Part shown: in pieces, positions 9,652-18,427 of the stretch
Layout: each line of letters starts with the position of its first letter
Position numbering within the stretch: the first letter of the stretch is position 1
Sequence record: PP400779
Direction: 5' to 3' (one strand)
DNA: 64,000 nt
Source: Escherichia phage JM17
Translations under genes and position numbers: made by a program
The notes under the pieces: model-generated
The model's database searches: none
What the model was told of the DNA's origin: nothing
The model's input: the letters and a program-made list of their open reading frames with translations, nothing else

Positions 9652-10338
9652 ATGAATAGTTCTAAAGTGTTTAATAGTCAAGCTCGTGCAGTAGGTGGTT
9701 TTGCTCATGCGATTAAAAACGACCAGATTAAAAACGAGCCTATGTTCTTTAACTGCGATTTGAATTTTGCTTTTGATAATGGCGGTCCAATTACTCGTAG
9801 CTTTATCCAAAATCTCCCTGACGATTGGAAAGACTCGGATGTAGTATTTGATTCACGAGTCCACATGCTGATGCCTGGTTGGTACCCTGCTATCCCAGGT
9901 TATCACCATGACGATGTACCACGCCCGGATATTCCGGTTGGTCAACACTTTATTACTGCAGGACAACCTGACTATGACAATCCTCGCTATTTGTCTGAAC
10001 ATATTCTTGGTCTTGTTAACGCTGATGTGTGTCCTACTCATTTTGCAACAGGAACTGCAGAGTTCAGTCAGATTCCTGATGGTGAACTTATCTATCGCCA
10101 GTGGCACAAAGAAGTCCTCGAAAAAATCGAAAAAGGCGAACTAGAGAAATGGGAAGCTCCAGATCGTACTCTTCTTCAGTTTGATTGGCAAACATGGCAC
10201 ACTGGTTCTCGTGCAATTAGTAACGGATGGCGTTGGTTCGGACGTGTATCTCGTAATACAGACCGAGTTAAAAAGATTACCAATGAAATTCGTGTCAATG
10301 CCCAAGTTTATCTGGAATTCCCTATGGAAGGCTGGTAA
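9652..10338 (+). CDS. hypothetical protein
   Basis: 228 aa; no motif recognised. Confidence 0.45.
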   Translation: MNSSKVFNSQARAVGGFAHAIKNDQIKNEPMFFNCDLNFAFDNGGPITRSFIQNLPDDWKDSDVVFDSRVHMLMPGWYPAIPGYHHDDVPRPDIPVGQHFITAGQPDYDNPRYLSEHILGLVNADVCPTHFATGTAEFSQIPDGELIYRQWHKEVLEKIEKGELEKWEAPDRTLLQFDWQTWHTGSRAISNGWRWFGRVSRNTDRVKKITNEIRVNAQVYLEFPMEGW

Positions 10339-10829
10339 TGATTAACAAAACATATTGGTCTAATATAGACGATGGCAACGAAGGTATTTCGTATTATTCA
10401 GTAGATTGGACAGGATGTCCATCCTACTTAGTGAAACATATTTGCCAAGAATTTAAAATCAACCAGCCAGCAGGTATTATCGTGAACAGATACATTAATG
10501 GATATCAACCTATCGATGAAGTAATACGAACAACTCAAGCTGAGCTTGAAAAGTTTTTCAATAAGTGCCAATGGATAACAGGATGGATTATATTTGTACC
10601 GTCAGTGTGGTTTTTTAGTACTAAAGTAAGTGCCTTTGCTATACTAGATATTATCGCTATCTTATTAGCATCTACTATCGTAAGTATAATTGGCGGTATA
10701 ATTGGTGGAGGTACTGTAGGCATCATTATTAATCTTGTTAAAAGTAGTTTACAAGAACGTAAAGACAAGATAAAGGCCAAGAATAATGAAGTTGAACGTT
10801 TTATTACCGAATGCAGGAATTTGAGATGA
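10338..10829 (+). CDS. membrane protein with glycine-zipper helix (IIGGIIGGGTVGIII)
   Basis: 163 aa; ATGA overlap with upstream ORF. Confidence 0.45.
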   Translation: MINKTYWSNIDDGNEGISYYSVDWTGCPSYLVKHICQEFKINQPAGIIVNRYINGYQPIDEVIRTTQAELEKFFNKCQWITGWIIFVPSVWFFSTKVSAFAILDIIAILLASTIVSIIGGIIGGGTVGIIINLVKSSLQERKDKIKAKNNEVERFITECRNLR

Positions 10830-11062
10830 GTATAGCAATTTACATTAAATCAGAATCATGTGATAGTTATCTGTACACATACGATAAAGATGTGTCAGAA
10901 GAAAAAATCAAAGACGATCTTAATATGGACCTTGATATGTTCTGTCCTATTGCAGATTACAAACTTGCGGTCTCTAATAGTGAAAGTCCATCTAAAGAAA
11001 CGCGCATTGAAGAATTTATATCTGAACTAATGGCCAAATCATGGGACCGAGATGATGAGTAA
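10826..11062 (+). CDS. hypothetical acidic protein
   Basis: ATGA overlap with upstream ORF. Confidence 0.4.
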   Translation: MSIAIYIKSESCDSYLYTYDKDVSEEKIKDDLNMDLDMFCPIADYKLAVSNSESPSKETRIEEFISELMAKSWDRDDE

Positions 11063-11510
11063 GAAAAATAAAGTGAAAGAACTATCAGCCGGTATTATTT
11101 TCCTTACCGAAGATAAAGAATTATTCATGGGGCGTGTAACTGGTTCTCGTCATAAAGGTGCATTAGCTCATCGGTGGGATATTCCTAAAGGCCGTGTCGA
11201 ACCTGGCGAATCTCCTATTGAAGCCGCTATTCGTGAATGCGAAGAAGAAACTGGGTTTACACAATATGACCCTGCCTTCCTGAAAGACCTAGGTGAACAT
11301 CATTACTCAGACAATAAGAATATTCATCTGTTCCTATATACCATCCCTGTAGAGCACGAGCAATTCAGAAACAGTGTTTGTAATTCCTATCATACATTCC
11401 CAGACGGACGACAGATTCCTGAATTTGATGCATTCGCTTTAATTAAACCTTCTCAATGGGAATATGTAATGGGCAAATCATTATATAAGGTGCTCACTAC
11501 CCTCCTATAA
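11052..11510 (+). CDS. nudE: Nudix hydrolase (T4 NudE-like)
   Basis: Nudix box GRVEPGESPIEAAIRECEEETG; located next to lysozyme gene e. Confidence 0.8.
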   Translation: MMSKKNKVKELSAGIIFLTEDKELFMGRVTGSRHKGALAHRWDIPKGRVEPGESPIEAAIRECEEETGFTQYDPAFLKDLGEHHYSDNKNIHLFLYTIPVEHEQFRNSVCNSYHTFPDGRQIPEFDAFALIKPSQWEYVMGKSLYKVLTTLL

Positions 11511-11512
11511 GT

Positions 11513-11544
11513 AATAAATACCTCCTATAAACGTGGGAGGTATT
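11513..11544 (+). promoter_or_regulatory. RBS-sequestering hairpin with embedded late-promoter-like AATAAATA upstream of gene e
   Basis: stem TACCTCC (11519-11525) / GGAGGTA (11536-11542) contains the SD GGAGG; ATG at 11545. Confidence 0.5.
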
Positions 11545-12033
11545 ATGAATATATTTGAAATGCTTCGTAATGACGAAGGTCTTAGACTGACTTTATACAA
11601 AGACACTGAAGGCTTTTGGACGATTGGCATAGGCCATTTGGTAACAAAGAACCCGTCTTTAGCCATAGCTAAAGCTGAACTTGACAGAATTATCGGACGT
11701 AAATGCAACGGTACAATTACCCTTGATGAGGCTGAAAAGCTATTTAATGAAGACGTTGATAAAGCCGTTCGCGGAATCTTGGGTAATGCTAAACTTAAAC
11801 CGGTATATGATTCTTTAGATGCGGTTCGTCGATGTGCATTGGTCAATATGGTCTTCCAAATGGGTGTAGCAGGCGTCGCCGGTTTTACTAATTCTCTTCG
11901 TATGCTTCAACAGAAACGTTGGGACGAAGCGGCAGTAAATCTAGCCCAATCTAAATGGTATCGTCAGACACCTAATCGCGCGAAACGCGTAATCTCAACA
12001 TTTAAAACAGGAACTTGGAAAGCGTATATATGA
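11545..12033 (+). CDS. e: lysozyme (endolysin, T4 gene e)
   Basis: [32 protein letters not shown]... near-identical to T4 lysozyme as recalled; catalytic E11/D20/T26 context present. Confidence 0.95.
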   Translation: MNIFEMLRNDEGLRLTLYKDTEGFWTIGIGHLVTKNPSLAIAKAELDRIIGRKCNGTITLDEAEKLFNEDVDKAVRGILGNAKLKPVYDSLDAVRRCALVNMVFQMGVAGVAGFTNSLRMLQQKRWDEAAVNLAQSKWYRQTPNRAKRVISTFKTGTWKAYI

Positions 12034-12311
12034 AAACATACAATGAATTTTTATCAGAATCTATTCTTAACGAAGCTACTGACACATTTGCAACTAAGCT
12101 AGGTGCAGCTTTGGTTGAAGCCGAAAGTCTATTAGCACGTATTTCTGAACTTGCTAGTAAGATAGATACTCGCAAATTTGAACGTACCAGCGATATCGCT
12201 AAGCTTGAAGCCTTGTTACGTATGTGCGATAAACCGGAAGAAATCGCTAAGAACGGCTCGCTGATGAAACAACGTCTTGAAAAATATATTTCAGGCGCTT
12301 CAGAAAAATAG
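12030..12311 (+). CDS. internal protein-like (leader [10 protein letters not shown])
   Basis: CTS-like N-terminus; ATGA overlap with the e stop codon. Confidence 0.5.
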   Translation: MKTYNEFLSESILNEATDTFATKLGAALVEAESLLARISELASKIDTRKFERTSDIAKLEALLRMCDKPEEIAKNGSLMKQRLEKYISGASEK

Positions 12312-12313
12312 TT

Positions 12314-12370
12314 GTTTACTTCCTCCAAGGGTTTTGATACTATACATTCATCAACTACTTGGAGGAAATT
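12314..12370 (+). promoter_or_regulatory. PeSL-like promoter: GTTTAC, TACTAT, arms TTCCTCCAAG / CTTGGAGGAA (anti-SD / SD)
   Basis: left arm lies in the promoter spacer; right arm carries the SD before ATG 12371. Confidence 0.5.
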
Positions 12371-12480
12371 ATGACCCGTCCGAAGCGTCCATTGCGATAA
12401 ATCAAGCACGCTTAGATGAAAAAATTGCTCAACGTCCGACTTGGTACAAATACTTTGGTAAATCAATTTACTAAGGAAAA

Positions 12481-12741
12481 ATGAAAATGTATCAAGAATT
12501 TATCGTTGAAGCAGATGCCAAAGGTCCTAAATTTAAAGTTAAAGCTTTCATTGGTGATGCGGAAGACTTTGGCTCATTAAAACGTAATGGGTATTCTTTC
12601 TTAGGTGGCAATGGTAAAGAAATCAACACCTATGCAAAACGTAGTGAAATTGCTTATGTTGTAGCAAGTCCTAAAGTAGATGTTGACGATATTGGATACG
12701 ATTTTAACAACTTCGGAATTATTTCTGGCGGTAAAGCTTAA
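12481..12741 (+). CDS. internal protein-like (leader MKMYQEFIVE)
   Basis: CTS-like N-terminus; AAGGAAAA SD. Confidence 0.5.
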   Translation: MKMYQEFIVEADAKGPKFKVKAFIGDAEDFGSLKRNGYSFLGGNGKEINTYAKRSEIAYVVASPKVDVDDIGYDFNNFGIISGGKA

Positions 12742-12806
12742 ATTGTTTACGCTTAAGTATTAATATGGTATATAATTACTCTATCAAAACAAACAAGGAA
12801 ACAAAA

Positions 12807-13109
12807 ATGAAAACATATCAAGAATTTATTACTGAAGCGCGAGTGAGTGCAGGTAAATTAGAAGCCGCTATAAATAAAAAGGCCCATTCATTTCATGATT
12901 TGTCCGATAAAGACCGTAAGAAACTTGTAAGCCTTTATATTGACAAAGAGCGTATTCTCGCTCTTCCTGGCGCTAATGAAGGTAAACAGGCCAAGCCTTT
13001 GAATGCTGTCGAAAAGAAAATTGATAACTTTGCTTCTAAATTCGGTATGTCTATGGATGACCTTCAGCAAGCGGCTATCGAAGCAGCTAAAGTAATTAAA
13101 GGTAAATAA
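12807..13109 (+). CDS. internal protein-like (leader MKTYQEFITE)
   Basis: CTS-like N-terminus; GTTTAC...TATAAT promoter and AAGGAAAC SD upstream. Confidence 0.55.
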   Translation: MKTYQEFITEARVSAGKLEAAINKKAHSFHDLSDKDRKKLVSLYIDKERILALPGANEGKQAKPLNAVEKKIDNFASKFGMSMDDLQQAAIEAAKVIKGK

Positions 13110-13220
13110 CAGTTTACTTCTCCTAGAATTGTGATAGTATATTCATAATTCTAGGAGGGGTAAATACAGAAATGGACAATTCATGTGCCACGGAATGGCC
13201 CAACATAAAAGAGAAACTAA

Positions 13221-13760
13221 ATGAGAACATTTTTAACTGGACCTTATCTATCCCTGATGAATGCTTTTACACACCATTCTGATGCTAGAGTAGAAGAAAT
13301 TTGTAAGAACGGTTACGTCCCACCATTTGAAGACGTACTCAAGCAGTACTGTACACTTCGTTTAGACGGCGGCAGACAATCAGGTAAATCGACCGCAGTA
13401 ACTAATTTTGCTGTTAATTGGCTGTATGATGGTGGAACAGTTATTGTTCTTTCTAATACTTCAGCTTATGCTAAAATTTCTGCTGGCAACATTAAAAAAG
13501 AATTTTCTCGTTATTCTAGCGATGATATTCGATTCCGTTTATTTACTGATTCTGTTCGTAGTTTTATTGGCAATGAAGGTTCTAAATTCCGTGGATTAAC
13601 GCTTTCTCGTATTCTGTACATAATTGACGAGCCTATTAAAGCTCCTGATATGGATAAGATTTACAATGTCCATATTAAAACAGTCCAACACTGTTGCAAA
13701 AGCAAATATTGCATCGGCGGTATTGCTCGTCCTCAATTTTTTGTGATTGGAATGCAATGA
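13221..13760 (+). CDS. P-loop NTPase, function unknown
   Basis: Walker A GGRQSGKST, Walker B-like ILYIIDEP; start uncertain because a 36-aa ORF (13172-13282) with a strong SD overlaps. Confidence 0.4.
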   Translation: MRTFLTGPYLSLMNAFTHHSDARVEEICKNGYVPPFEDVLKQYCTLRLDGGRQSGKSTAVTNFAVNWLYDGGTVIVLSNTSAYAKISAGNIKKEFSRYSSDDIRFRLFTDSVRSFIGNEGSKFRGLTLSRILYIIDEPIKAPDMDKIYNVHIKTVQHCCKSKYCIGGIARPQFFVIGMQ

Positions 13761-14065
13761 TGACCACTATTGAAGTTTTTGAGTATTGTTATAACAGCCC
13801 AGTATGCAATAAAAGGGCTCTTGTAGAAAATTATGAGATTTACCATTTTAAACCTAAACGATATCGTTTGACTAAAGGACCGTTCGCAGGGCAGCAGGTT
13901 CTTTGTACTGCTCCTAATGCACGGTTGATGACTAGTATTCCGCATTTCAAAATGGAATTTATTGATGGGCCATTTAAGGGATTAATCACTCAAAGTTTAA
14001 TGGCGTTTAATTCCGACCCATTTTTGATTAAAGAAAAAACTTGGATAAATTTATTTTCTAATTGA
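13757..14065 (+). CDS. hypothetical protein
   Basis: ATGA overlap with upstream ORF. Confidence 0.4.
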   Translation: MMTTIEVFEYCYNSPVCNKRALVENYEIYHFKPKRYRLTKGPFAGQQVLCTAPNARLMTSIPHFKMEFIDGPFKGLITQSLMAFNSDPFLIKEKTWINLFSN

Positions 14066-14071
14066 GGTTAT

Positions 14072-14434
14072 ATGAAAGCATATCAAATTCTTGAAGGTGC
14101 ACATAAAGGCACTATTTATTTTGAAGACGGTACTCAAGCCCGGATTATTGTCTCTAAGACTTTTAAAGAAGACTCTATTGTAGACCCGGAAATTTTCTAC
14201 GGTTTGAAGGCCCGTGAAATTGAAATTGAACATCAACCTAAAGTTAAAATTGAAGGTGGTCAACATCTGAACGTTAACGTTCTGCGTCGTGAAACTCTGG
14301 AAGATGCAGTTAAGCATCCGGAAAAATATCCGCAGCTGACCATCCGTGTATCTGGTTATGCAGTTCGCTTTAACTCTCTGACTCCGGAACAGCAGCGCGA
14401 CGTTATCGCTCGTACCTTTACTGAGAGTCTATAA
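14072..14434 (+). CDS. glycyl-radical cofactor protein (GrcA/YfiD-like C-terminal module) with phage-specific N-terminus
   Basis: C-terminal ~60 aa ([63 protein letters not shown]) match E. coli GrcA as recalled, glycyl radical motif RVSGY; codon usage in this segment is host-like. Confidence 0.7.
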   Translation: MKAYQILEGAHKGTIYFEDGTQARIIVSKTFKEDSIVDPEIFYGLKAREIEIEHQPKVKIEGGQHLNVNVLRRETLEDAVKHPEKYPQLTIRVSGYAVRFNSLTPEQQRDVIARTFTESL

Positions 14435-14658
14435 TGGCTAAATTGATTATAGAAGGGTCTGAAGATGTTTTAAAATGTTTTGCCGCCTGGTTTAGTTGCT
14501 CAGGCGAGCAATCATTCACTGAAACATTTAGAATGGGTGATATTACTGGAAACTATCCGACAACTGATATCACTGTACGTGGATATGGTATTAATGAGCC
14601 TATCCAATTGGTCGAATATGACCTTGCCACTGATGAGGAAATTCCTTATGTCGATTGA
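14434..14658 (+). CDS. hypothetical protein
   Basis: TAATG overlap with upstream ORF. Confidence 0.4.
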   Translation: MAKLIIEGSEDVLKCFAAWFSCSGEQSFTETFRMGDITGNYPTTDITVRGYGINEPIQLVEYDLATDEEIPYVD

Positions 14659-14914
14659 AGACATCAAAGGCCACAAGCCGCATACCAATGATAAAATTGG
14701 TAAAGTGAACGCTATTAAAGATGCTGAAGTCCGTCTTGGATTGTTGTTTGATGCTCTGATTGAAGAAGCATATATCTTGAAAGAAAATGAAACAGAGCAA
14801 CAAACCAAAGAAGATATGGATGCAGTGCAGGCTCTTAAGTACGCTAAGCAACATCTAAAAGAAGCCAGCATGTGGGCATGTCGTGCAGTATTTCGACCTG
14901 AGGAAAAATACTAA
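14648..14914 (+). CDS. small all-alpha protein, possibly MazG/HisE-like NTP pyrophosphohydrolase
   Basis: 88 aa; acidic pattern LIEEAYIL...E..E; assignment tentative. Confidence 0.3.
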   Translation: MSIEDIKGHKPHTNDKIGKVNAIKDAEVRLGLLFDALIEEAYILKENETEQQTKEDMDAVQALKYAKQHLKEASMWACRAVFRPEEKY

Positions 14915-15129
14915 TGGCTTCTACTATTACTGGGTTATTGGACTTCCAAGAAAAGGTCAACAAAATTTGTAGTGAATACTTAAAGTATCTTGAAGAAGAC
15001 CTTGAAGATTGTAAGGAAGAAGGCGAAGAAGACTATGCTGATCAGCGTCGACGCCAAATCGAAGAGATGAGGCGTTTCGCCAATATAGTATCTAAAGAAT
15101 CTTGGGCTTTAACTCCATTTTATCAATAA
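14914..15129 (+). CDS. hypothetical acidic protein
   Basis: start overlaps upstream stop (TAATG). Confidence 0.4.
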   Translation: MASTITGLLDFQEKVNKICSEYLKYLEEDLEDCKEEGEEDYADQRRRQIEEMRRFANIVSKESWALTPFYQ

Positions 15130-15134
15130 AGTAG

Positions 15135-15190
15135 TTTACTTCTCCTCTAGTTGTGTTACTATAGACCTGTCAACTAGAGGAGAAATCAAA
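15135..15190 (+). promoter_or_regulatory. PeSL-like promoter: GTTTAC, TACTAT, 12-bp arms CTCCTCTAGTTG / CAACTAGAGGAG
   Basis: -35 at 15135-15140, -10 at 15157-15162; right arm contains the SD for ATG 15191. Confidence 0.5.
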
Positions 15191-15649
15191 ATGACTATCA
15201 ATTCAGACGTTTTTATCCGCCGTAATAAACTCCGTCGAATCTTTGAAACGGAGTTCCGCAAAATAAATGCCGGTATAAAAGATGCTGCAAAGTCTCTTGG
15301 ACTACCAGGCTTTCATATCAAGTATTCTCAACATCTCTTAGATCGTGCCATCCAGAGAGAAATAGATGAGAATTACGTTTTTGAATTATTTCATAAAGTA
15401 AAAAATCATGTTAAAGAAGTTGCAGAATTTTTATCAATGCCGGCACGTCCAGATGTTGATGAAGATTTTGTCGAAGGTGTCGAATATCGCCCAGGCCGTT
15501 TAGAAATAACTGATGGAAATCTTTGGTTAGGACTTACAGTTTGTCGCGAAAATCCAGCATTCAAAATGAAGACTCTTCAATGCAGAATGGCTATTATTAA
15601 CAGTAAACGACTACCAGGAAAAGCTTCTAAAGCAGTGATTAAAATCTAG
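15191..15649 (+). CDS. hypothetical protein
   Basis: 152 aa; no motif recognised. Confidence 0.45.
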   Translation: MTINSDVFIRRNKLRRIFETEFRKINAGIKDAAKSLGLPGFHIKYSQHLLDRAIQREIDENYVFELFHKVKNHVKEVAEFLSMPARPDVDEDFVEGVEYRPGRLEITDGNLWLGLTVCRENPAFKMKTLQCRMAIINSKRLPGKASKAVIKI

Positions 15650-15657
15650 AGGTAAAC

Positions 15658-16200
15658 ATGAGAAAAGCACTACTCGCTGGTCTATTTGCTCTTTCGTTAT
15701 CAGCATATAGCTCCGAGCATACTTTTAGTAATGTCCAACTCGATAACTTGAATTATGCTTATCAGTTCGGGGAACAGTTTTCTAAGGACGGAAAATTTAA
15801 AACGCATGAAAATATGCATAAGAAAGGACTTGGATACATAATGGCCGCAATACTATGGCAAGAATCATCTGCCGGTATTAATCTTAAAGATAAGAAAGGT
15901 CACCATGCGTATGGAATGTTCCAAAACTATCTACCAACAATGAGGGCAAGAATTAACCAGCTTGGTTATAATATGACTGATGCCCAAATTAAGAAAATGC
16001 TATCTAAGCGGTCTAATTCAGCCAGATGGGCTTATATCGAATTTTCTTATTGGTTAAATATACATAACGGGGATATAAGGAAAGCTATATCCTCATATAA
16101 TGCGGGATGGAAGACAAGTGCTGGAAGTAAATATGCTTCTGAAGTCCTAGAAAAGGCTAATTACCTTAAATCAAATAAACTACTGGAAATAAAAGAATGA
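15658..16200 (+). CDS. secreted lytic transglycosylase-like (SLT domain) protein
   Basis: signal peptide MRKALLAGLFALSLSAYS; SLT-like motifs ILWQESS, YGMFQ, SSYNAGW. Confidence 0.5.
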   Translation: MRKALLAGLFALSLSAYSSEHTFSNVQLDNLNYAYQFGEQFSKDGKFKTHENMHKKGLGYIMAAILWQESSAGINLKDKKGHHAYGMFQNYLPTMRARINQLGYNMTDAQIKKMLSKRSNSARWAYIEFSYWLNIHNGDIRKAISSYNAGWKTSAGSKYASEVLEKANYLKSNKLLEIKE

Positions 16201-16544
16201 CCAAAATGTTGGCTTTAATAGTTGGCTTGGTTTCATTTAACGCTCTTGCTAATACTACATATACTGATGTAACGGAGTATACAAACAGAACGGCGTCTGA
16301 TTATTGTGGTAAAAGTCGAGAGTGTAAAGTAGATTTTTCACAAAAATTGTTATATGCGTATAAAGACGGAGAAAAAGATGGGGCGTCTAGTAGGTTCAAG
16401 GCGTCTACTTTAATTAAAAGATACTATAAAAAATGGCAAATATTAGAATGCTCGGTGGCGGAACCTAAAGATAAGGCAGCATGCAATTCTATGGTGGACC
16501 GTCTAGTTGACTCTTATACTAGAGGACTTGCAGCAAGTGATTAA
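16197..16544 (+). CDS. secreted/periplasmic small protein
   Basis: signal peptide MTKMLALIVGLVSFNALA. Confidence 0.4.
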   Translation: MTKMLALIVGLVSFNALANTTYTDVTEYTNRTASDYCGKSRECKVDFSQKLLYAYKDGEKDGASSRFKASTLIKRYYKKWQILECSVAEPKDKAACNSMVDRLVDSYTRGLAASD

Positions 16545-17001
16545 AAACTATATCAAGGGCGATATTGTCGCCCTGTTTTCTAAAGGTAATAATATTGCTC
16601 ATGGGTGTAATTGTTTTCATACAATGGGCGCCGGTGTGGCAGGACAATTAGCAAAGGCTTATCCAAAAATTCTGGAAGCCGATAAACTTCAAACCGAATT
16701 CGGAGACGAGTCTAAACTCGGGACTTATTCGGTTTATGAAAAATATTTTAAGACCCATAAAGCTTATTGCTTTAATCTTTATACGCAGTTTGAGCCGGGA
16801 CCTAATTTTGAGTACTCTGCTTTAATGAATTGTATAATAGAATTAAATGAATTCGGAAAGAATAAGATAATAAAGCCTGTAATTTATATGCCAAGAATTG
16901 GTGCAGGTATTGGTGGTGGAAACTGGGATGTCATCGAAGAGATTTTAGATACATATTCCACTAAACTAGAAATTGTGATTGTTGATTGGGAACCTAAATG
17001 A
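16507..17001 (+). CDS. macro-domain protein (ADP-ribose binding / putative ADP-ribosyl hydrolase)
   Basis: GDIVALFSKGNNIAHGCNCFHTMGAGVAGQLAKAYP and IGAGIGGGNWDVI resemble macro-domain motifs; start uncertain (overlaps upstream ORF). Confidence 0.5.
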   Translation: MTLILEDLQQVIKNYIKGDIVALFSKGNNIAHGCNCFHTMGAGVAGQLAKAYPKILEADKLQTEFGDESKLGTYSVYEKYFKTHKAYCFNLYTQFEPGPNFEYSALMNCIIELNEFGKNKIIKPVIYMPRIGAGIGGGNWDVIEEILDTYSTKLEIVIVDWEPK

Positions 17002-17180
17002 AATTAACTAAAGAAGAGAAAGCTAAACTGTTCGAACTTATCCATGACCTATTGGATGAACAAGCAGCCACCAATGCGTATGATGAATATGCTCCTTTGA
17101 CAGACGAAGAATATCACGCATTGATGGAATCATTTGACAGGAAAGAACAAGAACTCATTGACTATGTGAATTCACTATAA
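16998..17180 (+). CDS. hypothetical acidic protein
   Basis: ATGA overlap. Confidence 0.4.
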   Translation: MKLTKEEKAKLFELIHDLLDEQAATNAYDEYAPLTDEEYHALMESFDRKEQELIDYVNSL

Positions 17181-17189
17181 GGGACTCTT

Positions 17190-17771
17190 ATGGCTAGTTT
17201 AATTTTTACCTATGCCGCTATGAACGCTGGTAAGTCTGCTTCATTACTTACTGCTGCACATAACTATAAAGAGCGTGGCATGGGTGTATTAGTTCTTAAA
17301 CCGGCTATTGATACTCGCGATTCAAAAGGTGAAATAGTCTCTCGTATTGGTATTCGTCAGGATGCCAATATAATTACAAAAGACATGGATATCTTTGAAT
17401 TTTATAAATGGGCTGCAGCACAAAAGGATATTCATTGTGTATTTGTTGACGAAGCTCAGTTCTTAACTACTGAAAAGGTGTATCAACTTAGTCGTATTGT
17501 TGACGTGTACAATGTGCCGGTAATGGCATATGGACTACGAACAGATTTTAAAGGTAATCTATTTGAAGGTTCTCAAGCATTAATGGCTATTGCCGATAAG
17601 CTTGTTGAACTTAAAGGTGTCTGTCATTGTGGTAAAAAGGCCACAATGGTAGCTAGAGTCACGGAAGACGGACTTCCAATTACAGATGGCAGTCAAATTG
17701 AAATTGGTGATACCGATAGATATGTGTCATTATGCCGGAAGCATTGGAATGATTTGACAGGGTTGTTATAA
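17190..17771 (+). CDS. tk: thymidine kinase
   Basis: P-loop FTYAAMNAGKSASLL; C-terminal CHCGKKA...LCRKH zinc ribbon; 193 aa. Confidence 0.9.
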   Translation: MASLIFTYAAMNAGKSASLLTAAHNYKERGMGVLVLKPAIDTRDSKGEIVSRIGIRQDANIITKDMDIFEFYKWAAAQKDIHCVFVDEAQFLTTEKVYQLSRIVDVYNVPVMAYGLRTDFKGNLFEGSQALMAIADKLVELKGVCHCGKKATMVARVTEDGLPITDGSQIEIGDTDRYVSLCRKHWNDLTGLL

Positions 17772-17798
17772 ATACTAATATCTAACCAAGAGGTATAT

Positions 17799-18011
17799 AT
17801 GCAGCAATTAAACGAAAGACAACTTCGTAATCTTACTGTAACCCAATTAGATGAAATCCGAAGAGAATTAGGACATTCTATTTCTCATTTAAACGAGGAT
17901 ATCCGTCAAACTGGTTCTAAAGCTGATTATACACGCAAACGCAAGCTGGAAAAATACCTCACAGATGTTAAGGCCGTCCAAAGGCGAAAAATAAATACTG
18001 GCCAAAATTAA
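17799..18011 (+). CDS. hypothetical basic protein
   Basis: ORF with SD AAGAGG. Confidence 0.4.
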   Translation: MQQLNERQLRNLTVTQLDEIRRELGHSISHLNEDIRQTGSKADYTRKRKLEKYLTDVKAVQRRKINTGQN

Positions 18012-18023
18012 CAGGAGGCCTAT

Positions 18024-18326
18024 ATGGCCTTAAGAGCGATAGCTGTCATAGCGATGCTGGGGTTTTTTGCAGCAACAACTCCTATCGTTGGTACTGCACA
18101 TATCGACCCATATTTTGATAACTTTATGGAATCAGGGATTAAAAACGTATATACTTTGTTTGAAATTCAAAATGTTGAGAATTCTGAAAAATTCTATAAG
18201 TATATGGCAAAGCATTACAAAAATAGCCCCTGTGATGATGCATTTGAATGTCATGAACAAGGCGTAAAAACTGCCAGACAATTTGCTGAGTTCATGAAAA
18301 TAAAATTAGAGCCTACATCTATCTAA
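18024..18326 (+). CDS. secreted small protein
   Basis: N-terminal signal-like hydrophobic segment. Confidence 0.4.
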   Translation: MALRAIAVIAMLGFFAATTPIVGTAHIDPYFDNFMESGIKNVYTLFEIQNVENSEKFYKYMAKHYKNSPCDDAFECHEQGVKTARQFAEFMKIKLEPTSI

Positions 18327-18332
18327 TTTACT

Positions 18333-18363
18333 AGCCCCTTCCTTATGGTTGGGGCTTTTTGGC
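18333..18363 (+). terminator. rho-independent terminator, copy 3
   Basis: same hairpin as 4436 and 4980. Confidence 0.6.
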
Positions 18364-18427
18364 ATCTATCAGTTTACTTCTCCTCAGGTTGTGTTATAGT
18401 AGTCCTTACTTACTAGAGGAGAACGTT

